From a virus, in the IMG/VR virus record IMGVR_UViG_3300023213_000527: 64,000 nt of DNA. One strand, written 5' to 3'. The position numbers were made by a program, and so were the translations under genes. The notes beneath the pieces are model-generated. The model saw only the letters and a program-made list of their open reading frames with translations. It did no database searches and had not been told where the DNA came from. Positions 24,620-34,970 of the stretch are shown in pieces (the stretch's first letter is position 1; every line of letters starts with the position of its first letter).

Positions 24620-25927
24620 CAAAATATTTGAGGCTTCCGTTGCTAAACGGCTTCTTTCGCCGCGAACAAAGGTAATATGTCCGGCTAATTCTGAATGTTT
24701 AAACTTCTCAATCGCATAAACCAAACCATTAGAAGAAGCATCCAATGCATTGCGATCAATTTGATCGATGTCTCCATTAAGAATAATCTTGGTGCCCTCC
24801 CCAGCCCGAGTTAGCAGCGTTTTAATTTCTTCTCTTGTTAAATTTTGTGCTTCATCTATTAGAATAATAGCGTTGGAAATGCTGCGTCCTCGAACGTATG
24901 GCATGGCTGCCAATTCGATCCTTCCTTTACGTTGGAACATATCAAAATCCCTTTTCCAATCCGCTCCTGTTTTGTTGTTAAATAAAATTTCAAAGTTGTC
25001 CATAATGGCTTGGTAGTATGGTGAAAGCTTTTCTTCGATCGAGCCCGGAAGATAACCAATCTCATTTCCAACCGATTGAATAGGACGATAAATCACCAAT
25101 TTCTCATATTCTTTGCGACCGATTACCAACTCTAATGCTGCCGCCAAAACACAAATTGTTTTGCCGCCACCCGCACGCCCCACTACCGTCACAAGATCAA
25201 CATCTCTATCCATAATCAAATCAATAGCAAATGTTTGTTCTTTATTGCGACTAGCCAGTCCCCAAGGGTATGATTTTTTGATCAATCGTAATTTATTGTC
25301 AGCAATTCTTCTCCCCATGGCAATTCCATCACCATCATCGTTTTCGAACAGAACACATTCATTAGGAAACAAATCAAGTCCGTGAGTCTTAGGATCAATG
25401 AACCCATGTTGTTGTAATTCTAATCCAGTAGTTTCATTTCTGACTACCTGAATGCCGGAATACAATTCACTCAAAGAAGATCTTTTTTCCTCATGAGTGA
25501 TGGAAATTATTCCTCGAGCTTTAGCTTTAACTCGAAGATTAATGTCATTGCTTACTAAAGTAACATCGTGTTCTGGATGTTTCGCCCAGTGATTATGGGC
25601 GCAAATTAAAATTTGGGTATCTCCATAGTGTGAATTGCCAAATCCGGTATGAGCAATATTGTTTGGATCGTAATAAGTAGCATCCACTTTAACAACAATA
25701 TCATCTAATACTACACCAATACTAATATCGCCCAAATCACTGATTTCATCTAATAATCGAATACAAACTCGTGCGTTTCTTCCAACTTCGCCCGGTTCTT
25801 TTTTGAGATTATCAAGTTCGTTTAAAACGGCAACTGGAATAATTACTTCGCTGTTAGGAAATTGATGATAAGCGGTTGGGTCAAAAATTAGAGCGCTGGT
25901 ATCCAGAACGTATTTTTTGGGAGTCAT
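24617..25927 (-). CDS. phoH: PhoH-family protein with N-terminal PIN domain (PhoH2/YlaK-like)
   Basis: YVLDTS...PIN residues, VSNDINLRVKA, GRAGGGKT, YVRGRS, IDEAQNL, GDIDQID, RSRLA. Confidence 0.92.
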   Translation of the reverse strand: MTPKKYVLDTSALIFDPTAYHQFPNSEVIIPVAVLNELDNLKKEPGEVGRNARVCIRLLDEISDLGDISIGVVLDDIVVKVDATYYDPNNIAHTGFGNSHYGDTQILICAHNHWAKHPEHDVTLVSNDINLRVKAKARGIISITHEEKRSSLSELYSGIQVVRNETTGLELQQHGFIDPKTHGLDLFPNECVLFENDDGDGIAMGRRIADNKLRLIKKSYPWGLASRNKEQTFAIDLIMDRDVDLVTVVGRAGGGKTICVLAAALELVIGRKEYEKLVIYRPIQSVGNEIGYLPGSIEEKLSPYYQAIMDNFEILFNNKTGADWKRDFDMFQRKGRIELAAMPYVRGRSISNAIILIDEAQNLTREEIKTLLTRAGEGTKIILNGDIDQIDRNALDASSNGLVYAIEKFKHSELAGHITFVRGERSRLATEASNIL

Positions 25928-26298
25928 GGCTCGATCTTGTTTTCTGCTTCCTCAAATAATGACCATATTTCACAAGTCATCTCCAAAAATAATTGCTTTT
26001 TGGGATCGAGTTGAGATAAATCTTTTTTGAGAACGTAATATGGCTTATTCCAAGAGCCAACTTTTTGTCCATCTACATAGATGTCCATAGTCTCTTTGTC
26101 GTCGATTACTTGAATGCCATAAGCGGAAAAGATCTTTCGGAGTTGCATTCTCTGTTCGATGGTAAGTGAACCTCCCGTTTCCCAAAAATCAATGGGAACG
26201 CCCATCTGTTCCAACAGGGAGTGTAGGAATCTTTGTTTTTCCTCTTCCTCAACCTGCCGAGTGTTCTCGTTGTGGTTTAAAAGGATAATTCCTTTCAT
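25924..26298 (-). CDS. Hypothetical protein
   Basis: 124-aa ORF coupled to phoH. Confidence 0.7.
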   Translation of the reverse strand: MKGIILLNHNENTRQVEEEEKQRFLHSLLEQMGVPIDFWETGGSLTIEQRMQLRKIFSAYGIQVIDDKETMDIYVDGQKVGSWNKPYYVLKKDLSQLDPKKQLFLEMTCEIWSLFEEAENKIEP

Positions 26299-26335
26299 TT
26301 CTATCTTAATGTTTAATAATTGATAGAAAATCTAA

Positions 26336-29300
26336 CTAGGCACAACGAGACCAAGAACAGCTGGAACACATAACGCAGCCGTCTTGATATACGAGCGAAT
26401 TTTCTTTCTTGCAAGTCGGGCAAGTTTTATCTGATGAATGAGTTCCGTCCTGGATATAGGATTTGAGAACCCGAGCCATTACTTTGGAAAAAGATGTCAT
26501 GTCGCTGTGTTTGTCTTTTTGGAGTTGCTCCACTACGTATTGAATTGGAGTACCGTGACGCAGTGCTAGAGAAATGGTGCGAGTAAAAGTTCCAAAAGTA
26601 GCATTCTCAAAAACGTTGGCGATGTCTTTGATGATCATTTGATCATCTCCATCTCCAACGATCAGATTGTAAGTGGTGATTCCATCTACTTTTCCATTTT
26701 TAATGATCTTTCCAGTTTTGTATTTATTAGGAATATCGACATACTTGGATAATCCACCGAAGACTTCATATGGTTGATTGTTGAAGAGCCCAACAAAGAT
26801 AGTCCAGGCTTCTTCCTGAATCTTAGCTTTTTTGACGTGACAGTGAAGTTCGTCTAGTCGTTTAGGTGCCATGGAAATTGGCATATTGAGGGGGCGCCCT
26901 TCTTCATCTTTTTCTTTCTGAGATTTACTGAGCAAAACGCCATCTCTGGAGCCATCTCGATAAACCGTAAATCCTTTGCATCCAGATTCCCAAGCAGTCA
27001 TATAAACATCTTTAACGACTTCAACAGAAACATCAGATGGTAAATTACACGTTTTGGCAAGTGCGTGACACGTCCAATGTTGGCCTGCCCCTTGTAATTT
27101 GACACTTGCTTTCCAGTCAATCTCGTTAGACGTAGCTCCATAATACGGAGAATCTTCTATAGTAGTCTTGCCAGTGACATCCATCCATTTTTTAACACCA
27201 TGGTGATAAACGGTAAATTCTTGCCATTTATCACCAAGTTGATCCACAAAATCTACGCGGGCATTTTGATCACTCGGATTGATTTTCTTACGACGCACGT
27301 ATGATAACAAATAGGCAGGTTCAATACCGGAAGTTGTTTGTGTTAAGGTAGATGCAGAACCTGCTGGAGCGGTGGTAGTTAAAGCAATATTTCTTCTTCC
27401 GTGTTTTTTATAAAGCTTATATGTTTCTGGAAATGCTTCCCAAATTCTTTCGAGAAACGGATGATTTTTTTCTTTTTCGAAAGAGAATATTGGGAAAGTT
27501 CCGCGTTCGCTTGCTAGGATGCAAGTGGAAGCATAACATCCACCAGCTAATTCTTTGTAGATAGAGTCGGTAGCTTCTATCGATTTTTTGGATCCATATT
27601 TTATTCCTAATGCTGCTAAGCAATCGCCTAATCCAGTTATTCCAGTGCCGGTGCGTCGTCCATTAATACAAGCTTCTCGAATATCTTCCCATAAAGCCAT
27701 TTCTGTAGCTTTGATGTGTTTGGGCTCGGGATCATTCTTAACTTTGTTGATAATACGATCAATGGCTTCAATCTCCAGATCAATCATATCATCCATTAAG
27801 CGTTGGGCTTTTTGGGCATGTGTTCTAAACAGCTTGTAATCAAAAAAAGAATTTTTCTCATATGGATTGACAACATAAGAAAAAAGATTGAGAAGAAGCA
27901 ATCTGCACGAATCATTTTTAGAAAGAATAAGTTCCGCACACGGATTGCAACAAATAGATCGGTAACCAACATCTGCATAGATGTCTGCAGGCGTGTATTT
28001 TAGAGCCGTATCCCAGAATAAAATTCCGGGTTCTGCTGTTCCGTGAGCTGCGGCGATAATCTCATTCCAAATTGATCTCGCATCAACATACTCTGAAATT
28101 TGTGGAGATTTAGAATCAACTGGCCAGCGCAATTGATATTTTTCACCTTTTTTGACGGCTTCCATGAATTCATCAGATAATTGAAGTGAAATATTGGCGC
28201 CTGTTACTTTTTTCAAATCCCTTTTGATATTAATAAAAGTTTTGACTTCTGGATGATGAACGCTACAGGCTATTAAGAGGGCTCCGCGCCGGCCGGAATT
28301 GTGCGGGTATAATCCATTAGCAAAAAATAAATGTTCTTTTGGAAGAACTAAATCATACACATCATGTTCTTGATCATTTATTTGTTGAATAGATTGCACA
28401 TTGTCTTGTAGTAAATATACATTATATGGCAAATCGAGATCTTTTTTAAGTCGTTCAAAAGTGCTATATGAAATTAATTGATTATTGCTCATAATATAAC
28501 GATGTCTGGACGAATTGCTTCCGAGCTGGGTCACATTATAAATTGTTTGTGTGCAATCACGCTTTTTTGACTCAAAATGGCGGCTACCAATTTTTACACT
28601 TTCATGCATCAAACGTCTAAAAATTGTTTGGCTTTTATTTCCATTAATAGTTAATTCATATAAATCTTGCCATCCCTTTTTTGATCGATATTCTGTATGC
28701 AATTTGGATGCTATACCAAATGAGGATAAAACAATTTGGACATCCAATAAAAACTTTTTACAAATTGAAGATAGTTTATATTGTTTTTTGCTTTTTGAAA
28801 CACATCCGTCAGAATCAAAATATCCAGATAAAAAGGCAAAAATTACTTTTGGACAAGCTGATTTTATTTTTTCCGGAAATTTAATGTTAGCAGATTTTTC
28901 TTTGAGTATTTGATTGAAAGATAAAAATTGCGCCATGAGTTTCGACGTTATGCAACCTACCGAACACTTTTCGTTGCTCTTTTTATAAATGGGAGGCTCG
29001 TAATTAAATTCAGATTTGCAATAAGTAACAAATTTATTAGTAATGTCTTTCCAATCTTCTGACAATGTTACTGATATTCCACATGGTTCATCATTTTTGT
29101 TTAACCTCACATATCCGTCGCCATACATAAGCCCTGTTAAATATGCTAATTGTGGTGTTAGAATGCGTGGTAATTTTATATCGGTTTGTAGTATGAATTT
29201 ATTTTTCTTTTTAATTATGTAAGCTACTGTTGATTTATTAAGATCATATTGCTTACTAAGTGAAGCATAGCTATAATTTCCTGTATTATACAGTTTTTGT

Positions 29301-30175
29301 ATTTTTCTTTTTATATCGATAGGTGTTCGCTTTGGAAACCGATAACTTGGACGATGCAGTTGAATATCTTTGCCGTTCCAACCCGCTCCAACAATTTGGG
29401 TTATTGGATCTCCAACTTTTAGATCTTTGACTGCTTTTTCACCATTGATAGTATGAAAAACATGATCCTCACTACACAATATTTCTTTACCTGATTTTGT
29501 CGTTAATTTGACTAATTTTTTCTTATTATGTAGAATTTTTTCAACTTGAACCCATCCACTATTCGTCCAAACTTTTGTTCCTGGAGTTATTTGCGAGATT
29601 GGCAATAGACCGGCTGATGTAAGGATTTGTGTATCTTTATGCAAACACTGGGCTACCTCTCGAATCGTATTTGAAAATCTTTCCATGAAGACACCAATAC
29701 CATCAGTAGTTTTAGCTGCATTAGCGGTAGGTAATCCTCTGGGACGTAAGCTAGAAATGTTAACACCTACTCCGCCTCGTCTTTTGGAAATTTGAGCAAG
29801 TTCCTGATCCGTTTTTAACACACCCGCGTAACTATCAAATGGATTTTCCACCACAAAACAATTGCTGAGCGATTGAATTTGATGTGGATTACCAATTGCA
29901 CTCATCGGGCTTCCTTGCGGAACAATGTATTTGAAACGATCTAACAACCCAAAAATTTCTTCTTCACTCATTGGATTAGGATATTTTTTTTCAATTCTTG
30001 CAAATTCCTTTGCTAGTCTCCAATGCATATCGGTCGGCGTTTGCTCAAAATATTCTCCTTTGGCATTTTGAAGAGCGTATTTATCAGTGAATACTTTCGC
30101 TGCTAATTCGTCTCCATGAAAATATTCTGTTGATGCTTCTAAAACTTGGTTATAAGTGTAGGTGATTCCCGGCAT
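26336..30175 (-). CDS. nrdJ: Class II (B12-dependent) ribonucleotide reductase containing an intein; C-terminal TSCPD/Zn-ribbon
   Basis: PQGSP, SLSNCF, GGVG, RRGA, NPCAE, RRTGTG, PAGSAS, TVYRDGSR, terminal CPTC...CVMCSSC; start ATG 30175 after AAGGA. Confidence 0.9.
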   Translation of the reverse strand: MPGITYTYNQVLEASTEYFHGDELAAKVFTDKYALQNAKGEYFEQTPTDMHWRLAKEFARIEKKYPNPMSEEEIFGLLDRFKYIVPQGSPMSAIGNPHQIQSLSNCFVVENPFDSYAGVLKTDQELAQISKRRGGVGVNISSLRPRGLPTANAAKTTDGIGVFMERFSNTIREVAQCLHKDTQILTSAGLLPISQITPGTKVWTNSGWVQVEKILHNKKKLVKLTTKSGKEILCSEDHVFHTINGEKAVKDLKVGDPITQIVGAGWNGKDIQLHRPSYRFPKRTPIDIKRKIQKLYNTGNYSYASLSKQYDLNKSTVAYIIKKKNKFILQTDIKLPRILTPQLAYLTGLMYGDGYVRLNKNDEPCGISVTLSEDWKDITNKFVTYCKSEFNYEPPIYKKSNEKCSVGCITSKLMAQFLSFNQILKEKSANIKFPEKIKSACPKVIFAFLSGYFDSDGCVSKSKKQYKLSSICKKFLLDVQIVLSSFGIASKLHTEYRSKKGWQDLYELTINGNKSQTIFRRLMHESVKIGSRHFESKKRDCTQTIYNVTQLGSNSSRHRYIMSNNQLISYSTFERLKKDLDLPYNVYLLQDNVQSIQQINDQEHDVYDLVLPKEHLFFANGLYPHNSGRRGALLIACSVHHPEVKTFINIKRDLKKVTGANISLQLSDEFMEAVKKGEKYQLRWPVDSKSPQISEYVDARSIWNEIIAAAHGTAEPGILFWDTALKYTPADIYADVGYRSICCNPCAELILSKNDSCRLLLLNLFSYVVNPYEKNSFFDYKLFRTHAQKAQRLMDDMIDLEIEAIDRIINKVKNDPEPKHIKATEMALWEDIREACINGRRTGTGITGLGDCLAALGIKYGSKKSIEATDSIYKELAGGCYASTCILASERGTFPIFSFEKEKNHPFLERIWEAFPETYKLYKKHGRRNIALTTTAPAGSASTLTQTTSGIEPAYLLSYVRRKKINPSDQNARVDFVDQLGDKWQEFTVYHHGVKKWMDVTGKTTIEDSPYYGATSNEIDWKASVKLQGAGQHWTCHALAKTCNLPSDVSVEVVKDVYMTAWESGCKGFTVYRDGSRDGVLLSKSQKEKDEEGRPLNMPISMAPKRLDELHCHVKKAKIQEEAWTIFVGLFNNQPYEVFGGLSKYVDIPNKYKTGKIIKNGKVDGITTYNLIVGDGDDQMIIKDIANVFENATFGTFTRTISLALRHGTPIQYVVEQLQKDKHSDMTSFSKVMARVLKSYIQDGTHSSDKTCPTCKKENSLVYQDGCVMCSSCSWSRCA
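28298..29647 (-). mobile_element. Intein (450 aa) with LAGLIDADG endonuclease in nrdJ
   Basis: EVAQ|CLHKDTQI...DLVLPKEHLFFANGLYPHN|SGRRGA; internal YLTGLMYGDG and FLSGYFDSDG. Confidence 0.9.
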
Positions 30176-30228
30176 AATTCCTTTTCTCGTAAGAATTAAG
30201 TGTTTAACTTGCACGAACGTAATCGTGA

Positions 30229-30858
30229 TTATGTTTTGATGTGTTCCTTCAAAATAGAAAGAGCGGTGTCAATCGTTTTAACGCAAATTGATCGTGATAT
30301 ATCCAGCGTCCGACATATCTCATTAATGGAAGTAGGCTTCTTGCCATTTAAACCATAAACCAAACTTACAATTTCTTTTTGTTCCGCCGTCAAAAAAGAT
30401 AACGCTTTTTGGACAGATTGTTGTGCTTGCGAAATTTCTGCTTCTTTATCTGGACAATGTCGTTCCTCGATTAATAACGGCATAGTTGTTTCTTTGTGCG
30501 GCGGCATTAGTTTGGCAACTTTAAGTGGATAACGAATGGTCGTATGCAAATTAGCACATCTCGATATACGTGTGCCAATATATTTGTGTGCCCACCAGAA
30601 CCAATTACCTTTTTTAGGATCATAGTTTTTCATGGCTTTAAGTAAGGCTTCAAAACCTTCTTGATTTAAATCTTCATAATTGGAGAATTTTTTATACTTA
30701 GCTGTTTTCATAGTGATCAAATATCGAAATTTCTCGACACATGATTGCTCGTGCCGACGAAATGCTTGAATATCTTTAGGAGATTTAGTTTCGTTTGCTT
30801 TGGTTCGCAGTGTGATAAGTTTTTTCATCAACTCCTGCGCCTCGTCTATGCTTAACAT
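30229..30858 (-). CDS. Sigma70-family RNA polymerase sigma factor
   Basis: Region 2 YEDLNQEGFEALLKAMKNYDPKKGNWFWWA; region 4 LTAEQKEIVSLVYGL...SINEICRTLDISR. Confidence 0.88.
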   Translation of the reverse strand: MLSIDEAQELMKKLITLRTKANETKSPKDIQAFRRHEQSCVEKFRYLITMKTAKYKKFSNYEDLNQEGFEALLKAMKNYDPKKGNWFWWAHKYIGTRISRCANLHTTIRYPLKVAKLMPPHKETTMPLLIEERHCPDKEAEISQAQQSVQKALSFLTAEQKEIVSLVYGLNGKKPTSINEICRTLDISRSICVKTIDTALSILKEHIKT

Positions 30859-30903
30859 TCTGTCTGCTCTCCATTGATATGTTCGATTATTGACAAAACT
30901 AAA

Positions 30904-31059
30904 TTATAATTTCTCAATTTCTTCTTCAAGAATTTCTGCGGCACTTTCCATTGTTGATCGTATAATTTCTTCGTCTTGCAAAGTAAGAGCAAACTTCAAT
31001 AAATCGGTGACTTGCTGAAGTTTTTCCTTAATAGATTCTTTGTTGATCTTTTTTGACAT
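30904..31059 (-). CDS. Small hypothetical protein
   Basis: Likely start MSKKINKES just after the upstream stop. Confidence 0.6.
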   Translation of the reverse strand: MSKKINKESIKEKLQQVTDLLKFALTLQDEEIIRSTMESAAEILEEEIEKL

Positions 31060-31063
31060 GACA

Positions 31064-31255
31064 TCAACCATAATTATCTCGCCCCCACCCTGATCCAACA
31101 AGAACGAATGTTCCGTTAGTAATTAATCGCTCTGGTGGCTCTGATTGTTTTCCTTCTTCTCGGCATTTTGGACATTCATTCAATTCTTCTTTAATGGAAT
31201 GAAAAATTTCGAATTCTCTCTGGCATTGTTTGCAAAAATAAAGATATGTCGGCAT
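31064..31255 (-). CDS. FmdB-family Zn-ribbon protein
   Basis: MPTYLYFCKQC..EFE...CPKC...F.L.GSGW. Confidence 0.8.
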   Translation of the reverse strand: MPTYLYFCKQCQREFEIFHSIKEELNECPKCREEGKQSEPPERLITNGTFVLVGSGWGRDNYG

Positions 31256-31277
31256 TAATTCATCCTGCGCATTGAAT

Positions 31278-31305
31278 AATATAAGTCGTTCCTTTACGCT
31301 GTCAA
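31278..31305 (-). promoter_or_regulatory. Sigma70-type promoter
   Basis: TTGACA-16 nt-TATATT on the minus strand. Confidence 0.55.
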
Positions 31306-31320
31306 TCGTTGTTTTGAAAT

Positions 31321-31629
31321 TTACCGTCCTCGACGATCTAATTGAGTTTGGAGCTGCTCGTATTTATTTTCTCCCAATAGGTTGGCATACTTTTTTTCGT
31401 TATTAGCTGCGTCTTTCTGGATTTGAGTAGCATCGGATTTAATCTTATCAGCTAATTCTTGACCAGTAAGTTTAACAATACCTCCTGATGCATAATTTAT
31501 TAACTTTTGAAGCTTAACTTCTTGTCCTTCAGCTTCACACTTTGGGCAATTTTCCAGCACAAAAGATATTGAATGAAACTCTTCAAATTCTTTCTGGCAA
31601 TGGCTACAAAAATAAAGATATGTCGGCAT
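31321..31629 (-). CDS. FmdB-family Zn-ribbon protein (paralogue)
   Basis: MPTYLYFCSHC..EFE...CPKC; 26 nt identical to the 5' end of the previous gene (31607-31632 = 31233-31258). Confidence 0.8.
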   Translation of the reverse strand: MPTYLYFCSHCQKEFEEFHSISFVLENCPKCEAEGQEVKLQKLINYASGGIVKLTGQELADKIKSDATQIQKDAANNEKKYANLLGENKYEQLQTQLDRRGR

Positions 31630-31641
31630 TAACGTTTCCTA

Positions 31642-31818
31642 TTAAAGTTCTACTAACATTTTGTCAATCAATCTGAATTCTAGATCGTCTGTCCAAGCAG
31701 TGCGTATTTTTTGTTTGAATTTTTCTGATTTGACTTCGAAAACAATGAAAGTTCGTCCTGTTTTTTCTTCTATTTCAATTCTTACAGCTTCCGCTATTGT
31801 TTCTTGATCATTTTGCAT
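31642..31818 (-). CDS. Small hypothetical protein
   Basis: Likely start MQNDQE at 31818. Confidence 0.6.
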   Translation of the reverse strand: MQNDQETIAEAVRIEIEEKTGRTFIVFEVKSEKFKQKIRTAWTDDLEFRLIDKMLVEL

Positions 31819-31831
31819 GTTTGTTTGATTT

Positions 31832-33241
31832 TTATATATCCAGCAAGGATGCTGCCGATGAAATGTCGTCTGGATTATATGCCTCAAAAGTCACTTGTTC
31901 CTCATCAATTTTTTCATCGATAATAGCCCCACAGGATAGGTTTTTTATTGTTCGAAATTTACCCAATTGACCGTCACGATTTTTAATTACATGAACGTTG
32001 AGATCCGGAAAATTAGATTCATTAGGTCTTGTCTCAATTTGCAAGGCAATGTTGGCATTCTGCATAATTAATGCAGATCGACCAATTCTATGAAGTCCAA
32101 TTTTATCATCTGCATCTTTACCTTTGGAACGATTGAGTTGAACTGCGCTCAACACAATGCAATTATGAACACGTGCAAATTCATGAATTCGTTCTGAGAT
32201 CTTGCCCAATTTGAGCCAATCCTCCATATCTGTTCCCTCATAATTCATCAGACCCATGTAGTCGATGACAATGATTTTAGGATCATAATGAGCTTTGGCA
32301 TCTTCAAAAATCAATTCCATGCTTTCCATAGTAGCACCACGAGGAATATCCACGATTTCAAATTGATATGGATATTTAATAATGAAACGAAGTGCTTTTT
32401 TAAGTTTATCAGCTTCTGATTGATTAAGTTTGGCTCCCCTAATCGCTCGAGAAGGATTATTGGACATTCGCGCTAACACGCGATGGAGAGATGGTTTAAA
32501 TGGCATTTCCAACGAGAAATACAAAACGCTACGTCCATCTTTAAATTGTGATTCGTTCATGTCGATGTTGTTATCTTGTAGCCAAATTTGAATAGCCATG
32601 TTCATTAAGAGCATAGACTTTCCAGAGCCGGATTCGCCTCCAATCAGCAACAACTCTCCGGGGCGTAATCCATCGGTCACGTAATCTAAATAAGAATATC
32701 CTGTTAGGATACCACGGTCGAATTTAGGGTCGGCCAATTTTGCACTATATTCTTCTAAGAAAATAGGAACGGCGTCTTTGAGCGTTCTTCGTTCATAAGT
32801 CCGGACTTGGTTCAAAGCTTTAATTGTTTGTACCGCTTTTTGCATCTCACCAACAGCTTTGGAAATGTCTGTGCTACCAACTTCGCATCGCGATAAAACA
32901 TCCTTAACGGAGGCGATTTGTTTTTCTGCAAATCGTTTTTTGATTTTTTCTAAATCGTGCTTGTATTCTTTATCGTTATAATTAAGGGCTTCTAGTTGAG
33001 TCCAAACTTTGGTAATATGCTCAATTAATTTTTCATTGTTGCCTTTGGCTAATCTTTCAGTTAACACTCGGAGGGTGGGCAGATCTTTATAGGTGCGGAG
33101 ATAATTGAAAACAACATTGGCAAAATTCCAAGTATCAGCACAAAATAGTTTGGAATCGCCTTCATTAACAAAATCCAGTGCGTGCTTTTTGTTGGTAGTG
33201 ATGACTTTGAGAATATTAAGATCTAGTTCGTTGAAACTCAT
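31832..33241 (-). CDS. dnaB: Replicative SF4 helicase (DnaB-like)
   Basis: GGESGSGKS, FSLEMP, IDYMGLM, SAVQLNR, IKNRDG. Confidence 0.9.
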   Translation of the reverse strand: MSFNELDLNILKVITTNKKHALDFVNEGDSKLFCADTWNFANVVFNYLRTYKDLPTLRVLTERLAKGNNEKLIEHITKVWTQLEALNYNDKEYKHDLEKIKKRFAEKQIASVKDVLSRCEVGSTDISKAVGEMQKAVQTIKALNQVRTYERRTLKDAVPIFLEEYSAKLADPKFDRGILTGYSYLDYVTDGLRPGELLLIGGESGSGKSMLLMNMAIQIWLQDNNIDMNESQFKDGRSVLYFSLEMPFKPSLHRVLARMSNNPSRAIRGAKLNQSEADKLKKALRFIIKYPYQFEIVDIPRGATMESMELIFEDAKAHYDPKIIVIDYMGLMNYEGTDMEDWLKLGKISERIHEFARVHNCIVLSAVQLNRSKGKDADDKIGLHRIGRSALIMQNANIALQIETRPNESNFPDLNVHVIKNRDGQLGKFRTIKNLSCGAIIDEKIDEEQVTFEAYNPDDISSAASLLDI

Positions 33242-33939
33242 TTCTTTTTCCTGTAATCTTCGCCTACGATAACAAACATTTCCAAATATCCACTCATCAG
33301 ACTTTCAATGCTAGATTTAAGAGTTCCATGAAAACTTTCAATGATATTAGGGCTGTTGGTGCAAACTAATGTTGGAAGTTTGTTTTGACTGCGGGTGCGA
33401 AATACACTTTCTAAACTTCTAGCATAAAGATCAGCAGCATTTTCGGATCCAAAAAACCGAGGATCCATTTCGTCAATCACCAAAAAATCCACCAACATTA
33501 ATTCTCGTCGTGCAAGGAATTTGTCTTCACTTGTTCCTTGAATTAGAGCACTGACAATATCTGATAATGTAGTATAGAGGCAAGTATAGCCTTTTTGGCA
33601 AGCTTTCTTTAAAATACAAGTAGTGGTTAGTGTTTTCCCAATGCCATGTGGGCCTGCGTAGCAAATAGACGCACCACTGATGTAGGACATTTTCAAGTCC
33701 TTGACATATTCATTGAATTTCTCTAACAAACGGGGATCACCATGAAAGTCGCGCTCCATTTTAAGAGACCAATATCCGATAGGAATGTTTGCTTCTGCAT
33801 AGCGATTACAAGCCACAAGTTTGGTATTCTTAACTGTCAAATCATCTGACCCATTCTCAATGGTAGATAAAATTTCCTTCAATTTCTTGTAAGGAATGTT
33901 ATTTAGTGCTCTTGATCGAGTGAATTCCGGGGTATCCAT
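33238..33939 (-). CDS. DnaC/IstB-like AAA+ helicase loader
   Basis: Walker A GPHGIGKT, Walker B LVIDEM, TN.PN; coupled to dnaB. Confidence 0.8.
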   Translation of the reverse strand: MDTPEFTRSRALNNIPYKKLKEILSTIENGSDDLTVKNTKLVACNRYAEANIPIGYWSLKMERDFHGDPRLLEKFNEYVKDLKMSYISGASICYAGPHGIGKTLTTTCILKKACQKGYTCLYTTLSDIVSALIQGTSEDKFLARRELMLVDFLVIDEMDPRFFGSENAADLYARSLESVFRTRSQNKLPTLVCTNSPNIIESFHGTLKSSIESLMSGYLEMFVIVGEDYRKKK

Positions 33940-34324
33940 ATTTGCTTTCGTATTTAGGGACTTTACTTTTAACATCTACTAAGTGATGTTCTTTGATTTT
34001 ATCGGCAATAATTTTTCTATCTTGTTCCACAACCATTCGTCGAAGTTGCTTTAAATTAGTCGCATCAATTTCAGGCTCACCGGTTGGATGTTGAACCTCT
34101 TTCAATTTTTCTTGAATAGCTGATCGTATCTCGGGAAGCTCGCGTTCTGGCAGCATTACTTTAACTAATACGATGTCGTCAGCCGTTTTAGAAATAATCA
34201 TTAGACTTTTGTTATCCAATGATCTTAACACCGTTTTGTCATCTGACCAAATTTCCACTATTCCTTCTACCATTCCACCAACTCGTAGAAGGCATTGAAC
34301 ATGTTGTCCTTTTTGAGGGATCAT
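33899..34324 (-). CDS. Hypothetical protein
   Basis: 141-aa ORF in the replication operon. Confidence 0.7.
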   Translation of the reverse strand: MIPQKGQHVQCLLRVGGMVEGIVEIWSDDKTVLRSLDNKSLMIISKTADDIVLVKVMLPERELPEIRSAIQEKLKEVQHPTGEPEIDATNLKQLRRMVVEQDRKIIADKIKEHHLVDVKSKVPKYESKYGYPGIHSIKSTK

Positions 34325-34929
34325 GTGATTCTCCTAATAATACTACTATCAAGTCCCAAGCTTTCCAAAGCAATAATGGCGCTAGGCAAAGTTTCTGGCA
34401 CCGGATTCATTAAAGATGCAAATGCTAAATCACCATACGTTTTAATAAATCCAAGTCCTGCTTGAACCAAAACATCCTGATAATGGGATGGTAAAACAGT
34501 AGCCCTATTCACTTCTAAGTTTCGTTTGTCTGCCAACAACACTCCAAATTTATATTCCTTAAGAGTATTTTCGTTGGTAAGAAAAGAAATAGAAGTAAAA
34601 CGACGTTTGGATTTGCTAACCTTCTCCTGATAAATCCATTCAATGTAATCTCTTAACAATTTTGGTTGATTTGTTAGTAAATAAGCAAGCTTTTTGACTT
34701 GGAAAACCTCAAAACATTTGGATGGTGCAGGACTATTAAATTTGAATTTGTAAGGAACGCCGAACGTTTCTTGGTAGCGCCTAACAAAAAATCCAATCAA
34801 ATGTGCAACTTTCCATTCTTCAACATTAATTGTATCAATCTCTTTGAATTTCTCAAAAAACTTGCGGTATTTATCGTTAGGAATATCAGTTAGTTCGTCT
34901 TCAATTAGTTCTTTTTCTTTAGGTTCCAT
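34321..34929 (-). CDS. Hypothetical protein (replication cluster)
   Basis: 202-aa ORF upstream of the DnaC/DnaB pair. Confidence 0.7.
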   Translation of the reverse strand: MEPKEKELIEDELTDIPNDKYRKFFEKFKEIDTINVEEWKVAHLIGFFVRRYQETFGVPYKFKFNSPAPSKCFEVFQVKKLAYLLTNQPKLLRDYIEWIYQEKVSKSKRRFTSISFLTNENTLKEYKFGVLLADKRNLEVNRATVLPSHYQDVLVQAGLGFIKTYGDLAFASLMNPVPETLPSAIIALESLGLDSSIIRRIT

Positions 34930-34970
34930 AAATAATCTCTATTCAAAAATAACTACTATTATTATCGAAG

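Noticed and set aside
30890-30910. TTGACA...TATAAT promoter on the plus strand
   Set aside because: The spacer is only 9 nt and no plus-strand gene follows.
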